The notes under the pieces were generated by a model that had not been told where the DNA came from, did no database searches, and worked only from the letters and a program-made list of their open reading frames with translations. From positions 2,112,001 to 2,176,000 of the forward strand of contig OY759599.1 in the NCBI GenBank assembly GCA_963662465.1: a stretch of DNA of 64,000 nucleotides, read 5' to 3'. Source of the stretch: Desulfatiglandales bacterium. GTDB lineage: Bacteria; Desulfobacterota; DSM-4660; Desulfatiglandales; Desulfatiglandaceae. Positions within the stretch are counted from its first letter, which is position 1. The number at the start of each line of letters is the position of its first letter. A program made the position numbers and the translations under genes. Positions 29,301 to 36,999 of this stretch are shown in pieces.

Positions 29301-30495
29301 TGAAACGTTCTTTCGTGAGTTCGGGGCGGTTCAGATACCCCCGGGCCGGAGCGTCGCCGCCGATGTATAACTCTCCTTCACAACCGGTGTTCACCGGATG
29401 CTGCGCTTCGTCCAGGATATATACCGTTATATTATCCAGGGGTTTCCCGATATTCGTATTCAGATCGCCTTTCTTGTAAAAATGCAGGGTCGCGCACACC
29501 GTACATTCCGTAGGTCCGTACGCGTTTACAAACAAAAGATTTTCGCTCCACCGGTTCATGGCTTCGGTTTTACAGACATCTCCACCCGTAAGGATGATCT
29601 TGAGAGACGGCAATTGTTTTGCCGGCAGCGCCTCCACCACCATCGGAGGCAGTGTCAGGACCGATATGTTTTCTTTCTTCACCATATTCACTATCGCGGC
29701 CGGATCTTTTCGAATCTCGTCCGGCACAATATACAGTGAACTTCCGGACAGTAAGCTCGGAAATATTTCCCAGACGGAGGCATCAAAAGCGACTGAAAAA
29801 AATTGTGTAACGCGCGAAAAGGAATCCAGTCCCAGAAGTTTCTGATTGGTATGGATCATGTTGATGCAACTCTGATGCATAATCATGACCCCCTTGGGCC
29901 GACCTGTTGACCCGGATGTGTAGATGACATACGCCAGGTCCTCGGGCTTATTGATGGGTTGCGGGTTGGAGGCGGGAAATTTCTCTATCTCTTCCCAATA
30001 GGCGTCTATACTCACGAGGATGGTGTCCGATTCCACCAGAAAAAGCAGGTCCTCGGACATGTTTCCGGATGTCAGCACCATTTTGCAGGCGCAGTCGTTG
30101 ATCTTGAATTTGAGGCGTTCTTCCGGGTCGGCATGATCAAAAGGCACATAGGCCGCACCCGATTTGATGACGCCCAGGATGGCGATGATCATCTCCATGG
30201 AACGGTCCATGTAAACGCCTATCAGGGTATCCCCTTTTACCGCTTCCTTCCAGTTCTCCCGGTATACCTCTCGAATGAGGTGGGCCACCTGATTGGCTTT
30301 TTCGTTCAGCCGGCGGTAGGTCATCCTTTTGTCTTTAAAGACAACGGCGGTATTTTCAGGCGTTTTTTCCACCTGTTCTTCAAAAAGAAGGTTCAGGGTT
30401 TTGTCTTTGGGATACGGGGCCTCCGTCCTGTTTCGATCAAAGACAATATCCTGGTATTCTTCCCGGGTCGGTTTTTGAGGATCTGTTTTGTCCAT
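20308..30495 (-). CDS. Three-module NRPS: A-T-C-A-MT-T-C-A-T-TE
   Basis: Three YTSGSTGxPKG A-domain motifs, three GGNS carrier motifs, two HHxxxDG C domains, a methyltransferase (EIGCGTG) embedded in A2, and a TE motif GWSMGG. Confidence 0.95.
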   Translation of the reverse strand: MDKTDPQKPTREEYQDIVFDRNRTEAPYPKDKTLNLLFEEQVEKTPENTAVVFKDKRMTYRRLNEKANQVAHLIREVYRENWKEAVKGDTLIGVYMDRSMEMIIAILGVIKSGAAYVPFDHADPEERLKFKINDCACKMVLTSGNMSEDLLFLVESDTILVSIDAYWEEIEKFPASNPQPINKPEDLAYVIYTSGSTGRPKGVMIMHQSCINMIHTNQKLLGLDSFSRVTQFFSVAFDASVWEIFPSLLSGSSLYIVPDEIRKDPAAIVNMVKKENISVLTLPPMVVEALPAKQLPSLKIILTGGDVCKTEAMNRWSENLLFVNAYGPTECTVCATLHFYKKGDLNTNIGKPLDNITVYILDEAQHPVNTGCEGELYIGGDAPARGYLNRPELTKERFIQNPFATHEDKKNDRNLRIYKTGDMVKWLPNGDIQYVGRNDGQVKIRGFRIELGEIEDKLYAHPGVLMCAVVARERNGEKYLCAYYTNGEGPEMADLKQDAFRSYLKALLPDYMIPSVFVALQAMPINTSGKIDPKALPEPDFTVDEKDYEAPGNETEKELCAIWEELLNVPKIGVTTNFFHLGGNSLTVVQLALKIHSKFEANISPEALFAVKTVREQAKLIGRADKWVSVKLTRAPDMPDYPVLNAQKRMYLVNKIEGNSSAYNVTLIYRTDDDFDCETLKSILTEIARNQESLRTRFFETGNGIRQKITDMSEFDLEFEEKEIASALLRQAFTDFGRPFDLSKAPLWRTGIFKESDGCATYLIFVFHHIIFDGQSVNVFLKELFHAYRKETVTPPPGRLRDYVFLERKLSNSETYRRQESYWRNELRGELPQILLPWDRKRPKVKDYKGGAVRLTIDANLKEKMTRIERSRDVTTFMLMFTAFNILLSRYSAGEDIITGIPSLGRKSPEVLSCLGMFVGTLPVRTRISGDMPVEEYLNIVKHKVLSAIANDLYPLEEMVSTLDMEREAGRNPLFDTVFALWNLGDDNLKLGNATFLRINEEVITEKFDITGYVYEEAGMTDIVFSYAASLFNKTTIERFAGHYLNILRAMVSDPEMRIRDISLMDPEEYQKIIVDYNRTALPYPKDKTLNLLFEEQVEKTPENTAVIFRQNTLTYRRLNEKANQLAHMIRQTYQENWNEKVKGDTLIGIYMDRSMEMIIAILGIIKSGAAYVPFDRADPEERLKFKINDCACKMVLTSRNMSEALLFLAESDTIPVSIDAYWEEIEKFPGTNLSPINKPEDLAYVIYTSGSTGRPKGVMIAHRNCVNMIFAKKDIFKLNSNSHALQFASTSFDASVWEIFPAMVSGATLVIIPDDIRKDPGAVADFMEKENISDTLLPPVIIEAMPEKELPALKNLQTGGDTCRTDIMDLWSRRRAFVNAYGPTESTVVATLHFYKKGDLNTNIGKPIGNITVYILDPGLQPVPEGLAGELYIGGEGLARGYLNRPELTHERFIRNPFASAEDIENGRNLRIYKTGDVVRWLPEGFIQYMGRNDGQVKIRGYRIELGEIENKLSAYPMIETCTVIVRKKKDDKTIAAYYTVKETGQKTGETDEHKADDTFMTSWESIYDDTYDDIAGAVSRDEFYGWNSSFTGRAIPLEEMHEWRDTTLSRILALDPSDIFEIGCGTGLLMYPLLPHIDRYTGIDFSGKVIEKLKLGLQKNHADHAVLFKRRAHEIDQIPRTLKDKNGNSVVVINSVIQYFPSIEYLEDVLIKASERIGEGFLFVGDVRDYRLLGEFHTAVQIFKHQNGLIPENTDIGKTSTQNMKNDKELLVSPEFFMAFAEKNERVRRAEILPKRGKSAHEMNRFRYDVILEVGPGKKDKTIELPWEEYGPEMTLEERLTAGKDTIAIRGFPNQRVISECGVTEFLFDDNETLLSEYEKRKDIYADIHTLEDLYQIADAHGYHLLVSLSLDNKSGLDVVFFQDGRDALKDAIYQMNAERKRNVAYSNNPVKSDQRRKIAAGVLNEYLAERLPAYMIPSFFMELDEMPLNISGKVDKKALPEPDFSASDENYEAPSTDTQKKLCKLWEELLGVENPGINVNFFHLGGNSLKVVQLALQVNSEFGKNISAEDLFQSKTIKEQADLIDGAARSSSLTIEKTPDMPDYPVLNAQRRMVLVNQIEGNTTAYNITLIYRTGDDFDAIRLKKALPAIAESQEALRTCFIETKNGIRQKILQLPEFDLEIEEKHVPSEKMQSALTGFCRPFDLNKAPLWRSSVYRREDGQETYLLFDFHHSIFDGQSVEIFLKELSDVFAGISLRAPEMRLRDYAFYEQEFSKSQDYLRQEKYWLGELSGPLPELMLPYDGKRAALSDHKGASVKLKLDAKSKNALKDLERSENVTTFMIMLAAFHILLSKYSQEEDIITGIPSLGRKRHDVMRCLGMFVGTLPVRTFVSAGMTVKAYLKTVKEKVVSALSNDAYPLEAMVKRLKIEREPGRNPLFHVMFGQWEAGEKKLKLDHATFDAIDPAITSQQFDLIGYVYEDSKSLEFIVGYAAALFNESTVRRLAGHYVCIVNTISTNPDILIKDILLTDKEEYDTVVFEWNRTSAPYPKDKTLVQLFEEQVLKTPDKTAAVFSKKALSFGELNREANRIAHAIRKEYTKIRAEGIKSDTIIGIYTDRSPLMVTGIFGILKSGAAYLPLDPEEPENRLRYKIEDSECVMILVSSSCREKAGFLTDKNITVIHLSPDDLSSDCAENPEHINTPRDLAYLIYTSGSTGQPKGAMIEHGNVVAYAINNNYCPLNADTRAVSFSSYTFDGSIFDIFSVLLNGGCTVFPKKNEFLDLPTLKRIIDEHDVNTAFVTTSFFNLCASMRDQNPLLKLRQVIFGGETANRERVREFLALSEHTRLIHAYGPTETTVFATTVRLTDAHICPIGRALNNTSLYILDPDKNPVPIGMKGELYIGGDGVGRGYWNRPELTGERFTENPFASDEDKKLGRNRRIYKTGDIVRWLPDGKVQYIGRNDYQIKMRGFRIELEEIESTLLSHEAVKQAVVLCQEHEGHKYLAAYYTLKPESAGKTQMDQLRAYLQDHLPDYMVPASFIEMEKFKLTPSYKIDKNALPRPDVTGEEAYRAPENDIQEKLCRVWREVLGLSRVGVNDNFFDIGGNSILAIEAAHVISQELGIDFRVSQIFNLKTVLRIAAEYQKEANHEIMLLNQFKENAKTLVFIHPGDGGCEVYEPLSMKLDAYFNCYGIDNYNMHHEKKISSLNELALRYISYLVREGISLSHLILAGWSMGGQVALEMAYILEKDYNIKTDTVLMDTVLPDETISSFRHQVNDDEYAKQMRERLRTVGYPDNYIDKVIWAQAPEKKIAGSDISGKLGGNVLLFKAVLVDHGFDDFTTKQINAYIPKLTDNNIGKIAENLKVIQIKRHHFNILEEKEELVKNILWFCNEH

Positions 30496-30515
30496 GATGC
30501 TGTTCCTTATTTGCG

Positions 30516-30917
30516 TTAACTTACAAGGGTAGCGGTTGTAATATTCTGATTATCTTCTCTTTTCCATTCCAGCTTGTGGGCAACTTGTTTTACCAGCATT
30601 AACCCAAGGCCGCCCATTTCAGTTTCAGAACCCCCTTCGGGTTTATGGTGTGTTAACGGATCAAATGGGGCGCCAGAATCGGCAAATTCCATCACGATCC
30701 TGTCCTTATCAATGATCCGAATATCTATTTCTATAAAATTTTCCGTGCCGGCCCTTTCCGAATAGGCGTACTGACTTATGTTTGTCGTTATCTCTTCCGA
30801 AAAAACCAATGCCTTGAATATCAATTCCTCATTGACATGATATTCCGCCAATGTTTTTTTTACATATTCATGAATGGTCTGTAATTCCGCATAATCGGCT
30901 TTAAAAATTTTCTTCAT
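30516..30917 (-). CDS. RsbW/SpoIIAB-like anti-sigma factor (HATPase_c_2)
   Basis: EEITTNISQYAY, DSGAPFDP and GGLGLMLV. Confidence 0.85.
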   Translation of the reverse strand: MKKIFKADYAELQTIHEYVKKTLAEYHVNEELIFKALVFSEEITTNISQYAYSERAGTENFIEIDIRIIDKDRIVMEFADSGAPFDPLTHHKPEGGSETEMGGLGLMLVKQVAHKLEWKREDNQNITTATLVS

Positions 30918-30921
30918 GGAA

Positions 30922-31227
30922 TCAGTCGATCACATTAAACGCATCTATCAGGCCGCTCATTTTCAGGATTTTGAGAGCCGCGGCCCCGGCATTGACAATA
31001 TCGACTTCCATCCCCTCTTTGATTCTTTTTTTCGCAAAAATTAAAACTCTCAGGCCGGAACTTGCCAGAAAAGTGATTTCCTTAAAATCAAAAATAACTT
31101 TTGCGATATCATGATTCGTGTATCCTTCCAGCTTTTTCTGCACGGTTGCGGCAACATTCGCTGTAAAATCTCCGGATATCCTGATCTTCAGGACATCTGC
31201 TTCTAGACTTATCGTATCGTTATCCAT
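30922..31227 (-). CDS. STAS-domain anti-anti-sigma factor (RsbV/SpoIIAA-like)
   Basis: DFKEITFLASSGLRVL with the conserved phospho-Ser. ATG at 31227 follows a GGAGAGG Shine-Dalgarno. Confidence 0.85.
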   Translation of the reverse strand: MDNDTISLEADVLKIRISGDFTANVAATVQKKLEGYTNHDIAKVIFDFKEITFLASSGLRVLIFAKKRIKEGMEVDIVNAGAAALKILKMSGLIDAFNVID

Positions 31228-31321
31228 GATGACTCGACCTCTCCAAAAAGGCAATGCTAAGGCCTTAAAACGATTATTCCTGGGAAGACATTGTTTTGTG
31301 ACAATCTGCTTCAAAAATATA

Positions 31322-32846
31322 CTTGAGTTTTCGAAAAAAAGTAATGGACACGGTAGGAACACTGTGAGAAAATACCTTGGTGTAGTGTTGTCATTTGCTA
31401 TAATACCAGGGGAAACTCATGCAAATTCCGTGTGCCAGACGGCTTCCATTTCTTGTTTCTGGGTTGGCATTTCTACAACCGGCCTTGACGAACGCCCAAT
31501 TCTACAATCTAACGCTGGTTGCAACAGCTTTGGTTTTGGGCGCAAAATTCAGTCTTTCAGCAATCAATCGCATGTGGCTTGAAGAAAAATGCGTGAGCAC
31601 CTTATCGTATTTCTTCTCAGATGCTAAATTCTGCACAGCTGAAATGCAACATCTTTATGCTTTACAAATCATGCATTTATACAAACTTCAAAGTGGCTAT
31701 TACTGTATCGATGACACCATGAAACACCACACAAATTTCTGTAAATGGATCCACGGTGTCTTTGTTTTATTCGATCATGCGCTCAAGACAAACCTCAAAG
31801 CGACCTGTATCGTAGTCCTTTATTACAGCAATGGTGGAATAATCAAATTTCCCATTGCTCATCGAATCTATTACCAGGATAGCAATAAGATGCCTTGGCA
31901 GAAAGGGAAAAAGCATATTTGCAAACCGAAATACGAATTGGCAATTGATATGCTTCAATGGGCTATCGACAGGGGTTTTCCCAGAGGCATCGTCCTTGCT
32001 GACTCCTGGTTCGGGAGCGGTCCATTTGTAAAAGGCCTTAAAGGCTTGAAGTTGAGTTATGTTATTGAAATAAAGTCAACTTTAACCGTAAGAATCCCAT
32101 GCAAAGAGCCTAAACTCACCCCCAAGGGTAAGATATCTAAGAAGCAGCATGACCTTATCAAATTGCCCAATGTTTTTCAGTCTACATCATCCTTCAGCAC
32201 ATGCGGTTTTGCCGCCAATATGGGCATTGGCAAAAAGGAAAAAGTCCTGTATCATACCAAAGTTATCACGGGGAACCTGAACTCTATTGCCGGAAAACAT
32301 AGGATTGTTCAAAGTGTTGACCCAACCAAACAAACCACCAAATATCTTCTCACCAATGAACTCACCTGGGAGGCCACCAAGATTATTTCCGCTTATAGCA
32401 ACAGATGGGTTATCGAGGAATTTTTCAGGAATGCGAAGCAGTTAACCGATATGGAGGGAGCCACTATTAGGAGCGAGCAAGGCGTGACATTAGCGTTATG
32501 CCTGGTGTCCTGGATTGACTCCCTCCTCCATCTGGAAAACTATAAGCAAAGCACTGCTGGAAAATTGCCAAAGGAGCCATTAACGGTTCCTTCGATAGTC
32601 CGTTTGGCTCAATACGATAATCTTGAAACTTTTCTGGATCGACTTCAAAAGGAAGATGGGCTTCTCAAAAAGTGGTGTGATGTTGAACAAAAAGGTTTGG
32701 TCAGAAAGCGGAAGAAATCTAAAGAGTTGATAAAGCTACAAGATTTCTCTGAAGACCGTTCCCGGAAACAATTATCAAAGGCTGCATAAAGCAAATATTG
32801 CGCCAAAAGATCAAATTGTCAAAGAACTATTTTTCGAAAACTCAAG
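31322..32846 (+). mobile_element. Complete IS, IS701-like (DDE)
   Basis: Perfect 17-bp terminal inverted repeat CTTGAGTTTTCGAAAAA (31322-31338 / 32830-32846). Direct repeat AATATA on both flanks (31316-31321, 32847-32852). Confidence 0.88.
31419..32789 (+). CDS. DDE transposase, IS701-like
   Basis: CIDDT, VLADSWFG and RWVIEEFFRNAKQ. Confidence 0.88.
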   Translation: MQIPCARRLPFLVSGLAFLQPALTNAQFYNLTLVATALVLGAKFSLSAINRMWLEEKCVSTLSYFFSDAKFCTAEMQHLYALQIMHLYKLQSGYYCIDDTMKHHTNFCKWIHGVFVLFDHALKTNLKATCIVVLYYSNGGIIKFPIAHRIYYQDSNKMPWQKGKKHICKPKYELAIDMLQWAIDRGFPRGIVLADSWFGSGPFVKGLKGLKLSYVIEIKSTLTVRIPCKEPKLTPKGKISKKQHDLIKLPNVFQSTSSFSTCGFAANMGIGKKEKVLYHTKVITGNLNSIAGKHRIVQSVDPTKQTTKYLLTNELTWEATKIISAYSNRWVIEEFFRNAKQLTDMEGATIRSEQGVTLALCLVSWIDSLLHLENYKQSTAGKLPKEPLTVPSIVRLAQYDNLETFLDRLQKEDGLLKKWCDVEQKGLVRKRKKSKELIKLQDFSEDRSRKQLSKAA

Positions 32847-33279
32847 AATATACGCTCGAAAACACTCCGTCAACGTTTTTCAATGGACGGGGCCGTTGTG
32901 CCGGCGCTGGTTGTGATGTTCTGGTACTTCCTTCGACACGCCGGAGAGGCAAAAGAAAAAGAACACCGCTACTGCAAAACAACGTAACCTGAACATGCCT
33001 TATTTTTTTCAGAAGGTCTCCCTTTCTTATGGGCTTGGACAGGCGTATCGGGCAGCACACGGCAGAGGAGTTCGAGACCGCCACCTCTCTGTTTTCGAAG
33101 AGGTGCTACCCTTACCCAGCACAGGTTCATGATCAATCCGGAGCCGGACGGTAAAATATGATATAAGATCTTATAAGAAATCGCTTTTTTAAAAACGAGA
33201 TGTAACGAAAACGGACTTGGGCGTCACGTCCCCCATGGTCCACCTATGCAAGATGTGACACCAGATTTTTTCCAATGCT

Positions 33280-33330
33280 TATTGACAATATATTATTCAT
33301 TATGATAAAAAAATTCCTATATTGACAACA
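33280..33330. promoter_or_regulatory. Two palindromic candidate operators upstream of the hipB-like gene
   Basis: TATTGACAATA (33280-33290) and TATTGACAACA (33320-33330), 40 bp apart, each containing TTGACA. Confidence 0.45.
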
Positions 33331-33350
33331 TATGATCTCTTAGATGGGAT

Positions 33351-33650
33351 ATGGATTTCGAGTTAAAAACAACCGGAGAAATTGCACAACTACTGGCAAA
33401 GCAGGTTAAAGAGCTGCGCCTCCTGAACAAATGGAAACGTTCCACCATGGCCGAAAGATCCGGTGTTTCCGAGTCATCCCTGCGGCGGTTTGAGCAAACC
33501 GCCAGGATTTCGCTGGAAAATTTTTTGAAATTATTGTCAGCACTTGGGCGACTTGATGAAATGGACGATTTGTTGCTCCCCCCCTCCCCTAAATCAATTG
33601 ACGAACTTGAAACGCGAAAGCATAAACTTTCCAAAAGAGGTTCAATTTGA
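33351..33650 (+). CDS. hipB: XRE-family HTH antitoxin, HipB-like
   Basis: HTH MAERSGVSESSLRRFEQT; overlaps the start of hipA. Confidence 0.75.
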   Translation: MDFELKTTGEIAQLLAKQVKELRLLNKWKRSTMAERSGVSESSLRRFEQTARISLENFLKLLSALGRLDEMDDLLLPPSPKSIDELETRKHKLSKRGSI

Positions 33651-35012
33651 TCCGGCTAAATGTCCTTTTGCGCTTTAATGAAAATACGATGATCCCCGTG
33701 GGTCAGCTTGCCGAGGACCAGCACCGGCTCTATTTTCAATATGATAAGGATTTTTTAACTAAAGAACTGTGGCTGTCTCCCTACAAGCTTCCCTTAAAGT
33801 CAGAGCTCTTTGAACACAAAGACAGAGATTTCAGCCCTGTCTTCGGCTTGTTTGACGATTCATTGCCTGACGGGTGGGGCCTTTTGTTTATATGAAAGTT
33901 TCCGGTTTCCAGTTGACGGTTTCCGGTTCATTCCGTGCTTTTGTGCTATCGCTTGGTACAAATGGACACCAAAAATTTTCATCATTCGTTGTGGCCCGCG
34001 GCCATGGGGGTTAATGGATCGATACCTTAGGAAACAGGGATATGACATTGAGGCCCTGTCTATTTTGGATCGACTGGCATTTCTTGGCAAGAACACCATG
34101 GGCGCTCTGATCTATGAACCTGCCCTGGATATTATTCCCGGCGATAACAGCCCGTTTGATTTGCATGATTTATCAATACATTCACATGACATCCTGTCCG
34201 GCAGGAGCGACGACGTGTTACCACAGCTTATAGCCGCAGGCGGCAGTCCCTGCGGGGCCCGGCCAAAAGTACTTGTTGGCATTTATAATGACAATATGGT
34301 TTCCGGAGAAACAGATCTTGCGGAACATTTCGAACACTGGATTATCAAGTTCCTCTCTGGAAATGACTTCCCTGATGCCGGTCCCCTGGAGTATGCCTAT
34401 TCTTTGATGGCGCGGGATGCCGGTATAAATATGACCGAAACACGCCTATTTAACACAAACCAGGGTGATATTTTTTTCGGCATTAAACGATTTGACCGCA
34501 GTGGCAATAAACGCTTTCATGCCCATACTTTCGGCAACCTCATACATTCAAATTTCAGGATACCTTCTCAAGACTATGATCACTTTTTCAAGGTGGTCAT
34601 AAACCTGACTAAAAACCATCAGGATTTACTCCGGGCTTTCAGGCAAATGGTTTTTAACATACTTGCGAATAACCGGGACGATCATGTGAAAAATTTCGGA
34701 TTCCTGATGGATCATGAGGGCAAATGGTCGCTGTCACCGGCATACGACCTTGTTTATTCAGCCGGCCCCGGGGGGGAACACTCCATGACTGTTTCAGGTG
34801 AAGGGAAGGCTCCGGCTGAAAGAGATATTTACAAATTGTCCGAAAAGCACGGCATAAAAAAAAAGGATGCAGTCCTGATAGTTGAGCAGGTTTCTGATGC
34901 TGTAAATCGCTTTCAAACCCATGCGCTAACTGCCGGTGTCTCCAGATCCACCCGGAATAAAATTAATGCCGGCATCAAAAATAATCTTGATGGATTGGGC
35001 CGGTCTAAATAA
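33647..35012 (+). pseudogene. hipA: HipA-family kinase split by a 124-bp insertion (N part 33647-33895; C part from ATG 34014 to 35012)
   Basis: Removing 33887-34010 restores DSLPDGWGLLLMDRYLRKQG in one frame. Kinase motifs GGSPCGARPK, NRDDHVKNF and SPAYD are intact. Confidence 0.8.
33887..34010. mobile_element. Short non-coding insertion (MITE/REP-like) carrying heptamer repeats
   Basis: Defined by the interruption of hipA. Contains GTTTCCG GTTTCCA GTTGACG GTTTCCG and ATGAAA...TTTCAT. Confidence 0.55.
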
Positions 35013-35035
35013 ACCGGAAGAGTTTGAATGAAATG

Positions 35036-35710
35036 TTAAAGGAACAGATTAAATACCGCCATGGCAATTAAGATGCCGTAATTGACGCTGCACCAGCCCT
35101 TTATCCGCAGGGACCGACTGAGGTAGGCGTTGTTCCTGTAGAGCATCAAAGGCAATATGATGCCCCCCTCCCCTTCTACGCGCAAATAGACGGTTACGGG
35201 CTCTTCGGATTCCAACGGCAAAGTAAAAAATGGGAGTTTTTGACCGGAGGAGCCTGCAACCAAATCGACAGGGGTACCGCCCTCCTCGGTAACCCATCCA
35301 CCCAAATCGCTCCCCGGTGCGCCAACGGATGTGCGGACAAAAAACCTTGTAAAAAGGGTCAACGGCCAATTGACGTCAAGGAGCCATTCGCCAGGAGGCG
35401 AATTGTCACCCGGTACGGTTTCGGCTTGAATCGTAAGCCGTATCCAAAAGGCGGAATCGTTTAACCCCAGGTTCAGGGTCTTTGAGCCAACCGGTTTGAA
35501 TGCTTCAGCCAAGGGGGGAGTAGCGACGTCATCAATACACCACTTACGATCCTTATCCTCCAGGATTTCCGCGTAGGGAGAGACGTCATAGCGGTTCCGG
35601 TCAGACCTGAGCTGAAGCGCGGGAACAGTCCCGGCCCCGCATACCGGCGCCACGAGCAGGCACAGGATCACTACCAGGAGGAGTTGTGGATATGCTGATA
35701 TTTTTTTCAA
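35036..35710 (-). pseudogene. Truncated 7TM-DISM sensor: signal peptide and extracellular domain, ending after the first TM helix
   Basis: LNLGLNDSAFWIRL and VTVYLRV motifs. The ORF ends at YGILIAMAVFNLFL, where the 7TM domain should begin. Confidence 0.7.
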
Positions 35711-35848
35711 AAGAATGCCTTAAAATAACAGGGGTAAAAATAACAGGGTGATCAAAAATTTAAGGGTTACACGTTTCACTTTTTTTTCCTTGAACTGTTT
35801 AGGACGAGCGTACTACAGATCCAATGTCTCTTTTTATTACCCACCGCC

Positions 35849-36961
35849 TCAATCTTTCGGCAATAGCCAGTTTAAAATATAACTGGTACTCCTTCCTCCG
35901 GCATTTGCTTTTGTTAATATTTTCCGTTCAACCAGATTGTTGATATCGCGTAACGCTGTATCCTGTGAACATTTTCCGATTTTGGCCCATTTTGATGAAG
36001 TCAGTTTGCCTTCAAATCCATTAAGCAGTCGATTTAGGATACCATACTGTCTCTCATTGAAGGATTGTCCGGCGTGACTTTCCCAGAAACGTGCTTTGGC
36101 TAAGATGGCTTGCAGTGTCTCTTCCGATTTTTCAATAGCGTGTTTCAGACAGCCCAAAAACCATTTCACCCACAAAGTAACATCAAGTGTCCCTTTTTGA
36201 CACTTTTCCAGGATATGATAATAAGCGCCTCGTTCACGCTGAATCTGGGAAGACATACTGTAAAATCGTTGTGTGCTTTTTTCGGATTTTGCCAGCAACA
36301 TATCCGAAATGGCACGGGCAATGCGGCCGTTGCCATCATCAAAGGGATGAATGGTAACAAACCAGAAATGTGCCAGGGATGATTTCAGCACCGGATCCAT
36401 CCCGGAACTGCCATTAAACCAATGAATAAAACGGTCCATTTCCGCATCTAATCTGTTATAAACGGGTGCTTCAAAGTGTATTTTTTCGCGACCCAGAGGG
36501 CCGGAAACAACTTGCATGACATCGCTTGAAACACCGCGCCAACCCCCAACCGTGATACGGTGCATTCCACTGCGTCCGGTTGGAAAAAGGGCTGCGTGCC
36601 AATCAAAGAGCCGTTGGGCCGTCAAGGGTGTATCGTAATTGCGAGTTACATCCATCATGACTTCCACAATGCCTTCCACATTGCGGGCAACAGCGGAAAA
36701 ATGCGCGATATCAATGCCAAGCCTGCGAGCGATCGAAGATCTCACCTGTTTGGCATCCAGTACCAGCCCCTCAATTTCGCAGGTCTTGACAACGTCTTCC
36801 GTCAGAGATAGAAGTGTGGCATCTTCACACCAGTTAAAACCCAATGCTTCCATGCGCCCAAGCAGCCGGCCCTGCAAATGGCGTGTGTCAGCAAGCAAAG
36901 CAGACACTTCTGCTTCATTCCAGGTAAAATTGGGCCATTCTTTTCGTTCATGAATATACAT
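35849..36961 (-). CDS. Fic family protein (DUF4172-Fic-wHTH type)
   Basis: Canonical HPFDDGNGRIAR motif; C-terminal SQDTALRDI...GGRSTSY. Confidence 0.92.
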   Translation of the reverse strand: MYIHERKEWPNFTWNEAEVSALLADTRHLQGRLLGRMEALGFNWCEDATLLSLTEDVVKTCEIEGLVLDAKQVRSSIARRLGIDIAHFSAVARNVEGIVEVMMDVTRNYDTPLTAQRLFDWHAALFPTGRSGMHRITVGGWRGVSSDVMQVVSGPLGREKIHFEAPVYNRLDAEMDRFIHWFNGSSGMDPVLKSSLAHFWFVTIHPFDDGNGRIARAISDMLLAKSEKSTQRFYSMSSQIQRERGAYYHILEKCQKGTLDVTLWVKWFLGCLKHAIEKSEETLQAILAKARFWESHAGQSFNERQYGILNRLLNGFEGKLTSSKWAKIGKCSQDTALRDINNLVERKILTKANAGGRSTSYILNWLLPKD

Positions 36962-36999
36962 GCAATCTCCTCAAATAATGCGAAGATTATAGCCTCTAT

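Noticed and set aside
32990..33130. Possible riboswitch upstream of the NRPS operon (hairpin CACCTCT...AGAGGTG)
   Set aside because: Only a hairpin is visible and no Rfam consensus could be matched by eye; an Infernal search would be needed.
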